From assembly GCA_965228875.1 (NCBI GenBank), contig OZ245843.1, positions 538,616 through 602,615 on the forward strand: DNA of 64,000 bases. The letters are read 5' to 3'. Below, one piece after another: positions 55,659 to 64,000 of this stretch. Source of the DNA: Thalassobaculaceae bacterium (lineage in GTDB: Bacteria > Pseudomonadota > Alphaproteobacteria > Thalassobaculales > Thalassobaculaceae). Made by a program: the position numbers and the translations under genes. The notes beneath the pieces are model-generated. The model worked only from the letters and a program-made list of their open reading frames with translations. It did not search any database and was not told the origin of the DNA. The stretch's first letter is position 1. Every line of letters starts with the position of its first letter.

Positions 55659-56495
55659 ATGCACGCTTCACTTCGCCGGGTCTATTGGTGGCTGATCGCG
55701 CCGGCGGTCCTGCTCATGCTCGTCTTCTACATCTATCCGCTGATCCAGGTTCTCTGGATCAGCGTCACCGATCCGGTTCCGGGATTCGGCAACTACAGCG
55801 AACTCATCGACCGGGCGCTGATTCACCGGATCTGGATGACCACCATCCGGGTCTGCGTCATCACGACGGTCATCACGGTGATCTGCGGCTACATCGTCGC
55901 CTATGCCATGGCGCAGGTTGGCGAGCGCCAGCGCACCTGGATGATGTTCTGCGTCCTGCTCACCTTCTGGCTCAGCGTGCTGATCCGCGCCTTCGCCTGG
56001 GTGATGCTGCTGCGCACCCAGGGGCTGATCAACACCGGCCTGCAGGAGTTGGGTCTGATCGACCAGCCGCTGCGCCTGGTGCGCAATGAGTTCGGCGTGA
56101 TCGTCGGCATGGTGCATTTCATGCTGCCCCTGGCGGTGCTGCCGATCTATTCGAACATGACCGGGATCCAGTCGCGGCTGGTGAGCGCGGCCCGAGGCCT
56201 CGGCGCTTCCCCCTGGGTGGCGTTCAAGGACGTCTATCTGCCGCTGAGCAAGCCCGGGCTGATCTCCGCGACCATTCTGGTCTTCGTGTTCTCCCTCGGC
56301 TTCTTCATCACGCCGGCCCTGCTCGGCGGCGGCAAGGTGGTGATGATCTCCGAATACATCCAGGTGAGCTTCGAGGAGACGCTGCGCTGGGGACAGGCCA
56401 CCATGCTGGCCTCGACCCTCCTGTTCTCGGTGTTCCTGTCGCTCGCCCTTGTGGCCCGCTTCGTCGACTTGAAGAAAGTGTTTGGTGCGCGATGA
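55659..56495 (+). CDS. ABC transporter permease (PotB-like)
   Basis: A polytopic 278-aa protein. The EAA-like loop is SAARGLGASPWVAFKDVYLPLSKPG. Confidence 0.9.
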   Translation: MHASLRRVYWWLIAPAVLLMLVFYIYPLIQVLWISVTDPVPGFGNYSELIDRALIHRIWMTTIRVCVITTVITVICGYIVAYAMAQVGERQRTWMMFCVLLTFWLSVLIRAFAWVMLLRTQGLINTGLQELGLIDQPLRLVRNEFGVIVGMVHFMLPLAVLPIYSNMTGIQSRLVSAARGLGASPWVAFKDVYLPLSKPGLISATILVFVFSLGFFITPALLGGGKVVMISEYIQVSFEETLRWGQATMLASTLLFSVFLSLALVARFVDLKKVFGAR

Positions 56496-57322
56496 AAAAG
56501 GATCCGCGCGTCGTATTCGGTCGCTGTGTGGTCTATGGCCTTGCCTGGACCGTGCTGGCCTTCCTGGTTCTGCCGATGATCATCGTGGTACCGGTCTCCT
56601 TCACCGACCAGTACTACCTGTCGCTGCCCAAGGAAGGCCTGTCGCTGCAGCACTACGCGGCGTTCTTCGAGAAGGAGATCTGGCTGGCCGCCACGCTGGA
56701 CAGCGTGATCGTCGCCACCTGTTCGACGCTCTCCGCCCTGGTGCTCGGCACGCTCTGCGCCATCGGCTGCTGGCGCTTGGCGAGCAATGCGGCGGAATCG
56801 GTGCGGACCTTCATGCTGACGCCGATCATCGTGCCGACGATCGTCCAGGCGCTGGCCATGTACCGGTTCTGGATCGATCTCGGGATCATGGACACCTATT
56901 TCGGCCTGATCCTGGCGCACACGCTCATCGCCATTCCCTATGTGGTGATCACCGTCTCCGCCTCGCTGGCGAATTTCGACGTCCGCCTGGAGCAGGCCTC
57001 GCGCAATCTGGGCGCCTCAACCTCGCAGACCATCCGCTGGGTGATCCTGCCGAGCATCGTCCCGGGCATGCTGTCGGGCGCCCTGTTCGCCTTCACGATC
57101 TCCTTCGACGAGATCGTCGTCGCGCTCTTCATCACCAGCCGCAACGTCTATACGCTGCCCAAGCGCATCTGGGACGGCATCCAGGACCATCTCGACCCCA
57201 CCATCGCCTCGATCGCCACCATGCTGATCGCCATCACGCTCGCGCTGCTGCTGACCGAGCTGTGGGCGCGCCAGCGTCGGCGGGCGCGTCTGACCGCCCG
57301 CATCGAGGGCGGCGAGGCCTGA
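56492..57322 (+). CDS. ABC transporter permease (PotC-like)
   Basis: It overlaps the previous gene by 4 nt. The EAA-like loop is EQASRNLGASTSQTIRWVILPSIVPG. Confidence 0.9.
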   Translation: MKKDPRVVFGRCVVYGLAWTVLAFLVLPMIIVVPVSFTDQYYLSLPKEGLSLQHYAAFFEKEIWLAATLDSVIVATCSTLSALVLGTLCAIGCWRLASNAAESVRTFMLTPIIVPTIVQALAMYRFWIDLGIMDTYFGLILAHTLIAIPYVVITVSASLANFDVRLEQASRNLGASTSQTIRWVILPSIVPGMLSGALFAFTISFDEIVVALFITSRNVYTLPKRIWDGIQDHLDPTIASIATMLIAITLALLLTELWARQRRRARLTARIEGGEA

Positions 57323-57377
57323 CCTCCCGGCGCCGGCGCCTGCCGCCGGTCGCCACTACACATCGACGGAGACGACA

Positions 57378-58991
57378 ATGACCGCGGAGCTGACGCCCGC
57401 CAAGCGGACCGCCCTTGCCTGGGTAGAGGCCAATGCCGAGCGCCTGTCGCGCGACCATATGGAGATCTGGAACCTGCACGAGCCGTCCTGGCGCGAGTAC
57501 AAGTCCGCCGCCTGGTACGTGGAGCGACTGCGGGCGGAGGGCTTCGAGGTCGAGCCGGGCTCGGCCGGCATGCCGACCGCCCTCTGCGCCACCTGGGAGA
57601 ACGGGACCGGCGGGCCGACCATCTGCTGCTATGCCGAATACGACGCCGTGGTCGGCTCCAGCCAGGAGGCGGTTCCCTACCGCAAGCCGCGCGAGGGCGT
57701 GCACCCCTACGCCGCCGGCCATACCGACCCGCACTCCGCCCTCGGCCTCGGCGGGCTGACCGGGGCGCTGGCCATGCAGGCAGCGATGAAGGAGCACAAC
57801 ATCGCCGGCCGCATCAAGTTCTTCGGCGAGCCGGCGGAAAAGATGTGCGGCTCCAAGCCGATCCACGCCAGCCACGGCTACTACGACGACATCGACGCGC
57901 TGATCAGCTTCCACCCGACCTCGCTGCCGGACCTGTCGAACACGGTGATCTGGGAGACCCATTGCGGCTGCTACTGGTCGAAGGTCTATACCTTCGAATC
58001 CGTCGATCCGGAGACCTGGGGGTCGGCCGGCGAGCGCAAGGGCTCGCAGAACAGCCACGCCATCGCCCGCGCGCCGGCGGCGCTGGACGCCATGTGCCTG
58101 ATGTACACGACCACCAAGTACACCAAGGAGAACATGCTGCCGCATCGGGGTTCCTGGACCCTGAACGAGGCGATCCTGAACGGCGGATTCGCGACCGCCG
58201 ATAACCTGCCGCCGCGCTACTCGCAGATCCAGTACGCCTGGCGCTGCCCGTCCATCGAGATGGCCGAGGCGATCGAGCGGGTGCTGGACAACAACGCCGA
58301 GCATGTCGCCGGCCTGACCCATTGCCAGGTGAAGTCCGAGTGGGTGACCAAGACCCGGCCGGGCATGGCGAACAATGCCCTGGCCGAGATCACCTATGCG
58401 AACTTCGAGCTGGTCGGCCCGCCGAAATTCACCGATGAGGCCAAGGAGTTCGGCCGCGAGATCATCCGCAACCTCGGCTACGAGGCGCCGGAGGAGCCGT
58501 TTCCGGAGATCCTGGAGCAGCTCGTCGACCCGAAGGAGGGCGAGGCGATCCTGCGTTCGCAGATCCCGTCCTGGCAGAAGAACTACACCTCCGACGACTA
58601 CACCGACATGACCTGGCACACGCCGACCGTGCGCCTCTATGTCGGCCGGGCCGCGCTGAAGAATCCCGCGCCCGGCGTGAAGGTTCCGCACTGGTGCCAC
58701 TGTGCGCTCGGCGGTGTGCCGGGGGCGATGGACCCGATGTTCCTGACGGCTGGCAAGGTGATCGCCACAACCGGCCTGGAGCTGATGGAAAGCCCCGAGG
58801 CTCTGTCCCGCTGCAAGGCCGAATTCGACGAGCGGACCGGCGGCGGCATCGGCGGTTCGAAGTGGATCCCGCCGCTGCTCGGCGAGAACGCGCCGGCGCC
58901 GATCCATTTCCCGTGGCCGGAGTATGTGGAGACGGTGCGCGGTGCCGAATGGGTGATGCCGACCCCGCCGACGACGGCCGACGCGGGCTGA
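57378..58991 (+). CDS. M20-family amidohydrolase (AbgB / M20D-like), 537 aa
   Basis: The sequence IWNLHEPSWREYKSAAWYVERLRAEGFEV...CYAEYDAVVGSSQ...GHTDPHS...FFGEPAEK...ALISFHP aligns by eye with the aminobenzoyl-glutamate hydrolase subunit B type. Confidence 0.75.
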   Translation: MTAELTPAKRTALAWVEANAERLSRDHMEIWNLHEPSWREYKSAAWYVERLRAEGFEVEPGSAGMPTALCATWENGTGGPTICCYAEYDAVVGSSQEAVPYRKPREGVHPYAAGHTDPHSALGLGGLTGALAMQAAMKEHNIAGRIKFFGEPAEKMCGSKPIHASHGYYDDIDALISFHPTSLPDLSNTVIWETHCGCYWSKVYTFESVDPETWGSAGERKGSQNSHAIARAPAALDAMCLMYTTTKYTKENMLPHRGSWTLNEAILNGGFATADNLPPRYSQIQYAWRCPSIEMAEAIERVLDNNAEHVAGLTHCQVKSEWVTKTRPGMANNALAEITYANFELVGPPKFTDEAKEFGREIIRNLGYEAPEEPFPEILEQLVDPKEGEAILRSQIPSWQKNYTSDDYTDMTWHTPTVRLYVGRAALKNPAPGVKVPHWCHCALGGVPGAMDPMFLTAGKVIATTGLELMESPEALSRCKAEFDERTGGGIGGSKWIPPLLGENAPAPIHFPWPEYVETVRGAEWVMPTPPTTADAG

Positions 58992-59036
58992 CGACGCATA
59001 ACGACGAAGACGACGACCAGAAGGAGGATCCCCGCC

Positions 59037-60050
59037 ATGGGCGCGGTCAGCGAGTTCGAATACCGCTACAACATGACCATCAAGACCTTCCCCAGCCACG
59101 AGGAGCCGGGCTTCGAGAGCACCGCCCAGCAGGAGACGGTCTGGGGCCGCCAGTGGGGCTGCGACAACGATGTCGGCCAGCTCCGCATGGTGCTGATGCA
59201 CCGGCCGGGCGAGGAGATGAAGATTCTCGACCCGTCCAAGCGCCTCGAGCATCTGGGGTCTTATGGCGACGCCGAGGGCCAGACCTGGTATTGGCGTGGC
59301 GACAAGATCCACACCATGGAAGAGCAGCAGGAGCAGCATGACGGACTCGCCAACGCCCTGCGGGCCGAAGGTGTGGAGGTTGTTTACCTGAAGCGCTGCG
59401 CGCCGGGTAAGCACAAGTCGATCTACACCCGGGACAGCTGCATCGGCGTGAAGGGCGGGGCGATCGTCACCCGCCTCGGCCCGATCGTGCGCCGCGGCGA
59501 GGAAGCCCCGGTGACCGAGACCCTCGGCGCACTCGGCATGCCGATCCTGCGTACGGTTCACGGGACCGGACTGATGGAGGGCGGCAGCTTCGTCTGGCTG
59601 AACCCGAGGACCGCCGTGATCGGCCGCTCCTCGCGCGTGAACGAGGAGGGCACGCGCCAGGTCGAGGAAGTGCTGAACGCCCAGGGCGTGGAACTGCTTC
59701 GGGTCGACCTGACCGGCTACCGCCTGCACATCGACGGCGCGCTGGTGATGATCGATGTCGACACCGCGATCATCAACCCGACACAGCTCCCGTTCTGGTT
59801 CCTCGGCAAGCTGAAGGAACTGGGTATCCGTACCATCGAGGTGCATCCGGACGACCCCTCGGGCGTGGTGAACTGCATCGCGGTGAAGCCGGGCCGGGTG
59901 ATCATGGAGGCGGGCGCTTCCAAGCACACCGCAGACGCGCTGGACAAGCTCGGCATCGAGATTGTCCCGGTGAAGTACGACAAGGTCTTCCAGGGCGGTG
60001 GCGGCATCCACTGCTCGACCTCCCCGCTGATCCGCGACTCGATCGAGTAG
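59037..60050 (+). CDS. Guanidino-group-modifying enzyme superfamily protein (arginine deiminase / DDAH / amidinotransferase fold), 337 aa
   Basis: The N-terminal block DVGQLRMVLMHRPGEE resembles arginine deiminase. The C-terminal block GGGGIHCSTSPL carries the catalytic Cys in the family context. Confidence 0.75.
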   Translation: MGAVSEFEYRYNMTIKTFPSHEEPGFESTAQQETVWGRQWGCDNDVGQLRMVLMHRPGEEMKILDPSKRLEHLGSYGDAEGQTWYWRGDKIHTMEEQQEQHDGLANALRAEGVEVVYLKRCAPGKHKSIYTRDSCIGVKGGAIVTRLGPIVRRGEEAPVTETLGALGMPILRTVHGTGLMEGGSFVWLNPRTAVIGRSSRVNEEGTRQVEEVLNAQGVELLRVDLTGYRLHIDGALVMIDVDTAIINPTQLPFWFLGKLKELGIRTIEVHPDDPSGVVNCIAVKPGRVIMEAGASKHTADALDKLGIEIVPVKYDKVFQGGGGIHCSTSPLIRDSIE

Positions 60051-60090
60051 GGCCGTCCAGGCTTACGGCGTCGCAGAGACCCGTCGCGTT

Positions 60091-60993
60091 CTATCCGGCC
60101 CGTGAGTCCCGGTAGAACGCGACAGTGCGGGTCAGGCCGTCGGCGAGGGATGTGCGAGGGAGCGGCCCGAGCACGGAGCCGATGGTCGGGCTCGGCGCGA
60201 TCACCGGATGCAGAGGCAGCGGCGGGCCGGACCAGTCGATCGCGGCGTCCGGGACGAGCGTCCGGATACCGGCGGCGATCTCGTCCACATCGGCCACCTG
60301 GCCGACCAGCGAGAAGGCATGGGCTCCGTCCACGGGGCGGGTCGCCGCCGCCTCGACCACGGCGGCGACGTCGTCGACGAAGATCATGTCGGCCCGTCCG
60401 GAATAGCCGATGGTGTAGGGCCGGCCGGCAACCGCCTCGCGGCAGGCGATGGTCGGCCCGGCGGTCAGGCCGGTCTCGCGCCCCGGACCGTAGACGATGG
60501 CCGGGCGGAACCCGACGCTGGAGATGCCCGCGTCCTGCCAGTAGGCGCGTGCGGAACCTTCGCAGGCCAGCTTGAACGCGCCGTAGTGTGTGGTCGGAAA
60601 GGGGATGGTGCCGTCGTCCGGACCGAACACGCCGGCGCTGCTGGCGTAGCAGACGCCGCGCATTCCCTCCGCTCGGGCGGCCTCGAACACGTTGAGGGTG
60701 CCGAGCAGGTTCACCTGCGCGCCCAGGATCGGGTTCTCGGCGCAGGCAGGGGTGAGCAGGGCTGCGAGATGGATGGCGAAGTCGCAGCCTTCGGCGGCGC
60801 GATTCACCGCGTCCGCGTCCGCGATGTCGCCGGTGCGCCAGTCGAGCCGTTCAGCCACGTCGCCGGCGATGGCGCGCATGAGGGCCCGGTCCTCCCGGCG
60901 GTCGAAGACTCGCACCTCGACCCCTGTGGCGGTCAGACGGCGGACGATCCAGGCGCCGAGAAAGCCGCTACCACCGGTCAGCAGGACAGTCAT
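60091..60993 (-). CDS. NAD-dependent epimerase/dehydratase (extended SDR)
   Basis: The Rossmann motif is MTVLLTGGSGFLGAWIV and the YxxxK motif is YGAFKLACE. Confidence 0.88.
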   Translation of the reverse strand: MTVLLTGGSGFLGAWIVRRLTATGVEVRVFDRREDRALMRAIAGDVAERLDWRTGDIADADAVNRAAEGCDFAIHLAALLTPACAENPILGAQVNLLGTLNVFEAARAEGMRGVCYASSAGVFGPDDGTIPFPTTHYGAFKLACEGSARAYWQDAGISSVGFRPAIVYGPGRETGLTAGPTIACREAVAGRPYTIGYSGRADMIFVDDVAAVVEAAATRPVDGAHAFSLVGQVADVDEIAAGIRTLVPDAAIDWSGPPLPLHPVIAPSPTIGSVLGPLPRTSLADGLTRTVAFYRDSRAG

Positions 60994-62060
60994 CGTCTGT
61001 CTCCCGTTTCCGCCGCCAGGGCCGCCAGGTCGACGGATCGCCCCGTCGCCGCCGAGCGTTTGATCGCGGCGACCACGTGCATGTTGCGGATGCCGTCATC
61101 GCAGGTGACGAGCGGATCCGCTTCGCCGCGGATGACGGCGGCGAAGTGCTCCATCTGCGCGACGTAGGTGTCGCCGGTGCCGCGCTCGACGGTCCGGCGC
61201 TCGAGCGGGTGGGTCCAGTCGCCGCCGGGGCCGTAGGTCCACAACGACAGGTCCGGCAGGCTGAGCCCGCCGTCGCGCCCGCTATACAGGTGGGTCGTGG
61301 CGTCGTGCCGGGGAAAGCGCCCGGGGTTCTCGCCCGAAGACAGTTCCCAGGCCCAGGGGCCGACGCCGGCGTCGGACAGCGCGATGGTGGCGAGCCCGCC
61401 CTCCGCGAAGGTCAGAATGGCGGCGGTGGTGTCCTCCACGTCGAGGCCACGGGTGGCGCTGGAGGCCGTTCCCTGAACCATGGCGACCTCGCCGAAGAAG
61501 TGGCGCAGCAGGTCGATGTCGTGGATGGCGTTGATCAGCAGCGGGCCGCCCTGGTCCGGATCGCGACGCCAGGGCACATCGAAATAATCCATCGGCTTGA
61601 GCATGGCGCAGGTTACCGTGGCCATGACCAGCGGCCCGATGGCACCGTCCGTGATCGCCCTCCTGGCCGCCTTGATCACCGGGTTGTGGCGGCGGTGATG
61701 GCCGACCAGAACCGGTTGGCCGCTGCGGGCGGCGGCCGCGGCGAGGGCGGCGCCTTCCGCCAGGGTGCTGGCGACCGGCTTCTCCAGGAGGATCGGAAGC
61801 CCGACCCCGAGCGCGGCCTCGGCGATCGGAACGTGAGTGTCGTTGGGCGAGGCGATGACCGCGCCGTCGGCGACACCGGCCGAGAGCAGACTCTCCGCGT
61901 CCGCGAAGTAGCGCGCCTGATGCCGTTCCGCGAGATCCCGGGCCGCCGGAGAGGGATCGGCGATCGCCGACAGGGAGACGCCTTCGGCGGTTTTCAGCGT
62001 GTCGATGTGCGTTCGGCCGATCACGCCGGCGCCGATCACCGCGATCCGCAGATCCGCCAT
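60990..62060 (-). CDS. Gfo/Idh/MocA-family oxidoreductase
   Basis: The sequence is MADLRIAVIGAGVIGRTHIDTL...PILLEKPVA. It overlaps the SDR gene by 4 nt. Confidence 0.88.
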   Translation of the reverse strand: MADLRIAVIGAGVIGRTHIDTLKTAEGVSLSAIADPSPAARDLAERHQARYFADAESLLSAGVADGAVIASPNDTHVPIAEAALGVGLPILLEKPVASTLAEGAALAAAAARSGQPVLVGHHRRHNPVIKAARRAITDGAIGPLVMATVTCAMLKPMDYFDVPWRRDPDQGGPLLINAIHDIDLLRHFFGEVAMVQGTASSATRGLDVEDTTAAILTFAEGGLATIALSDAGVGPWAWELSSGENPGRFPRHDATTHLYSGRDGGLSLPDLSLWTYGPGGDWTHPLERRTVERGTGDTYVAQMEHFAAVIRGEADPLVTCDDGIRNMHVVAAIKRSAATGRSVDLAALAAETGDRR

Positions 62061-62113
62061 GTCCCTTCCTCCCCTTTTTCCGCGAGCCTACACGGCTGGC
62101 CGCGGGAAGGCGA

Positions 62114-63664
62114 CTACAGCCCGACCGCCTTTCGCGCCGCCGCCAGGGTCGCGTCGGGATCGCCGCCGGCATCCACCCGGACCCAGTTCAGCGGACCAGG
62201 ATCGCGGTCGGCCTGGGCCTCGACCACTGCGCCGGTCGCATCGGAGGCGTCGCTGACCCGCGCGTCGGCTCTGGCGACCAGCACTGGCGTCGGCGCCTCC
62301 AGCCACAGACCGGCGAACGGTACCCGCATCCGCGTCGCCAGGGCCGACAGCGCCTCGCGCTCCTCCGGGCGCTGGTTGACGGCGTCCACTATGACGCTCT
62401 GTCCGGCCCGCAGCCCGGCCTCCGCCTCGGCGAGCAGGGTCCGATAGACCCGTTCGGTCACCTCCGCCGCATAGCCCGCCGGCGGCAACGGCTCCAGTTC
62501 CGGGACCCCACAGAGCCGCTTGCGGATGACGTCGCTGCGCAGGTGCACGGCCCCGGGAAAGGGTGCCAGATCGGGCGCCAAGCGGGCGGCCAGCGTGCTC
62601 TTTCCGCTGCCGGACAGGCCGCCGACGGCGATCAGCCGCGGATCCACCGGTCGCAGAACCGCCTCGGCGAAGTCGAGGTAGCGGCGCGCCTCGGACGCCA
62701 GACGGTCGCGGGCGCCGCCCTCGGCATGGGCGAGACCGGCGGCGGCGACCTTGGCGCGGATCGCGGCACGCACGCTCACGAACATCTGCATCGCCGCCAG
62801 GCCGGAGATCTGGCTAGGGTCCCTGTCCTCGGCCAGATATCGGTTGAGCAGCAGATTGGCTTGCGCCCGCAGTCCCCGCTCCCCCAGGTCCATCAGCAGA
62901 AAGGCGAGATCGTAGAGCACGTCGGTCGTAGCCAGGGACTCGTCGAACTCGATGGCGTCGAACAGGGTCGGCGCATCGCCGATCAGGACGATGTTGCGCA
63001 GGTGCAGGTCGCCATGACAGCGGCGCACGTGACCGTGGCGCTCCCGCCCCTCCAGGACCGGCGTGACGGTGTGCAGGATGTCCAGCGACCTTCGGGTCAA
63101 TGCCCGCACCCGGTCGGCCGCGAACAGATCCGGGAATTCGTTCAGGCTGTCGCGGTTCTCCTCGACCAGGCCGGCGAAGGCGCCAGCGAAGCCGGTCGCC
63201 CGCCGCTGCGGCGCGCCCGCGTGGGAGCGAACGATGGCCGCAGCGGTCCGGCGGATCAGATCGTCGCTCAATCGCCCGGTCTCGGCCAACCTGTCCAGCG
63301 TCCGGGTCTCGTCGAAACGGCGCATGTGGACGCACCACTCGACGACCTCGCCGGTGCCGCCGAGGGACAGGGTGTCGCCGTTCCGGGTGATGGGGACCGC
63401 GCCAAGGTAGATGTCCGGCGCGTTCGGCCGATTGACGGCGATCTCCGCCTCGCAGGCCGACCGACGGCGGTCCAGGGTCGAGAAGTCCATGAACGGGAAC
63501 CGCACCGCACGCTTCACCTTGAACGCGTCGTCGCCGGCGAGGAACACCGCCGCGCCGTGGGTGTCGATGCGGGAGACCTGTCCGTCGAGGCCGTGGGTCG
63601 CCGGATCGGCGAGGAAGGCGAAGACCGCGCTCTGATCCTCGACCACATGGGAGGAGGTGGTCAT
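62114..63664 (-). CDS. Fusion of an aminoglycoside-phosphotransferase-like kinase domain and a P-loop (AAA_33/zeta-like) kinase domain, 516 aa
   Basis: ATG at 63662-63664. The APH/eukaryotic-like kinase motifs are HGDLHLRNIVL and FDAIEFD. The C-terminal Walker A is GGLSGSGKST. Confidence 0.8.
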   Translation of the reverse strand: MTTSSHVVEDQSAVFAFLADPATHGLDGQVSRIDTHGAAVFLAGDDAFKVKRAVRFPFMDFSTLDRRRSACEAEIAVNRPNAPDIYLGAVPITRNGDTLSLGGTGEVVEWCVHMRRFDETRTLDRLAETGRLSDDLIRRTAAAIVRSHAGAPQRRATGFAGAFAGLVEENRDSLNEFPDLFAADRVRALTRRSLDILHTVTPVLEGRERHGHVRRCHGDLHLRNIVLIGDAPTLFDAIEFDESLATTDVLYDLAFLLMDLGERGLRAQANLLLNRYLAEDRDPSQISGLAAMQMFVSVRAAIRAKVAAAGLAHAEGGARDRLASEARRYLDFAEAVLRPVDPRLIAVGGLSGSGKSTLAARLAPDLAPFPGAVHLRSDVIRKRLCGVPELEPLPPAGYAAEVTERVYRTLLAEAEAGLRAGQSVIVDAVNQRPEEREALSALATRMRVPFAGLWLEAPTPVLVARADARVSDASDATGAVVEAQADRDPGPLNWVRVDAGGDPDATLAAARKAVGL

Positions 63665-63795
63665 TCCGGGCTCCTGGATGTTCTGTGCGATGCAGCATCT
63701 CCCGATGCCGCCGCGCCCGGGATGATGCAGATCAAATCCCGATGCAAGGCCGAACCGGCGATGCGCTCTGCGCAGTCCTGTAACCAATCCGGTGT

Positions 63796-64000
63796 TCAAT
63801 CGGGCGCGTGCACCCGTTCGCGGATGCCGGTGACGACCCGGTCGGCGACGGCCGAGACCCGTTTCAGGCGGACGTCGGTTGCGTGGCGGATCAGGTAGAA
63901 GGAGCGGGTCAGGGCGATTTCGTCGCCGCGGATCGGTTCCAACTCCGGGCAGGTGCGGGCGATGAAGTCGGGCAGGATGCCGACACCGGCGCCGGCCCGC
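63796..64000 (-). CDS. LysR-family regulator, C-terminal fragment (start outside the window)
   Basis: The reverse frame is open to the window edge. The translation is ...RAGAGVGILPDFIARTCPELEPIRGDEIALTRSFYLIRHATDVRLKRVSAVADRVVTGIRERVHAPD, with stop TGA at 63796-63798. Confidence 0.6.
   Translation of the reverse strand, partial: RAGAGVGILPDFIARTCPELEPIRGDEIALTRSFYLIRHATDVRLKRVSAVADRVVTGIRERVHAPD

Noticed and set aside
57234-60011. A 925-aa ORF antisense to the M20 and deiminase-fold genes.
   Set aside because: It is a low-complexity Arg/Ala/Gly/Pro-rich translation that spans two well-supported sense genes and their intergenic gap.

Overview
This is a densely coding, high-GC segment (roughly two-thirds G+C by eye) that looks like alphaproteobacterial chromosome; the taxon is an inference. 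I support about 54 CDS on both strands. I saw no rRNA, tRNA, CRISPR array, transposase, integrase or prophage genes, and nothing that resembles a phage-defence island. The content is a chain of metabolic, transport and signalling modules.

- **1-7.5 kb:** an IlvD-family dehydratase fragment, an orphan sensor kinase with a coupled small secreted protein, a fold-type IV aminotransferase resembling (R)-selective amine transaminases, small NTF2/tautomerase/GST genes with an HxlR regulator, and hisS.
- **7.8-14.5 kb:** an oxidative hexuronate island with udh, kdgD, a TRAP transporter, an SMP-30 lactonase and a GntR regulator.
- **14.8-19.6 kb:** a 1300-aa hybrid histidine kinase (GAF, two REC, Hpt) followed by a REC-GGDEF response regulator.
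- **19.8-25.7 kb:** a BMP-type ABC transporter plus a cytosine-deaminase-like amidohydrolase.
- **25.7-28 kb:** two GSTs and an enoyl-CoA hydratase.
- **28-34.8 kb:** a three-gene operon of a DUF2126-type giant transglutaminase, a circularly permuted ATP-grasp/alpha-E fusion and a small transglutaminase. This operon type has been predicted computationally but, to my knowledge, has no experimentally defined function. It is my best candidate for an undescribed system.
- **35-40 kb:** a Liv-type branched-chain amino-acid ABC transporter.
- **40-45.2 kb:** a TetR regulator and an RND efflux pair.
- **45.4-46.7 kb:** a cytoplasmic chemoreceptor with a C-terminal CZB zinc-binding domain.
- **46.8-53.1 kb:** a three-subunit molybdenum hydroxylase, an amidohydrolase and an MBL-fold hydrolase.
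- **53.2-60 kb:** a PotABCD-like ABC transporter followed by an M20 amidohydrolase and a guanidino-group-modifying enzyme.
- **60.1-64 kb:** an SDR and Gfo/Idh/MocA pair, an APH-like/P-loop kinase fusion and a LysR fragment.

Several non-coding signals are not explained by the genes:
- a 64-nt structured intergenic repeat present three times, with compensatory stem changes;
- four GATCCGA heptamers phased at exactly 15 bp;
- a 12-bp tandem repeat carrying in-frame stop codons;
- an abrupt AT-rich patch covering the 3' end of the MBL gene;
- several candidate operators.

All functional calls rest on my reading of motifs in the translations. No database search was run.
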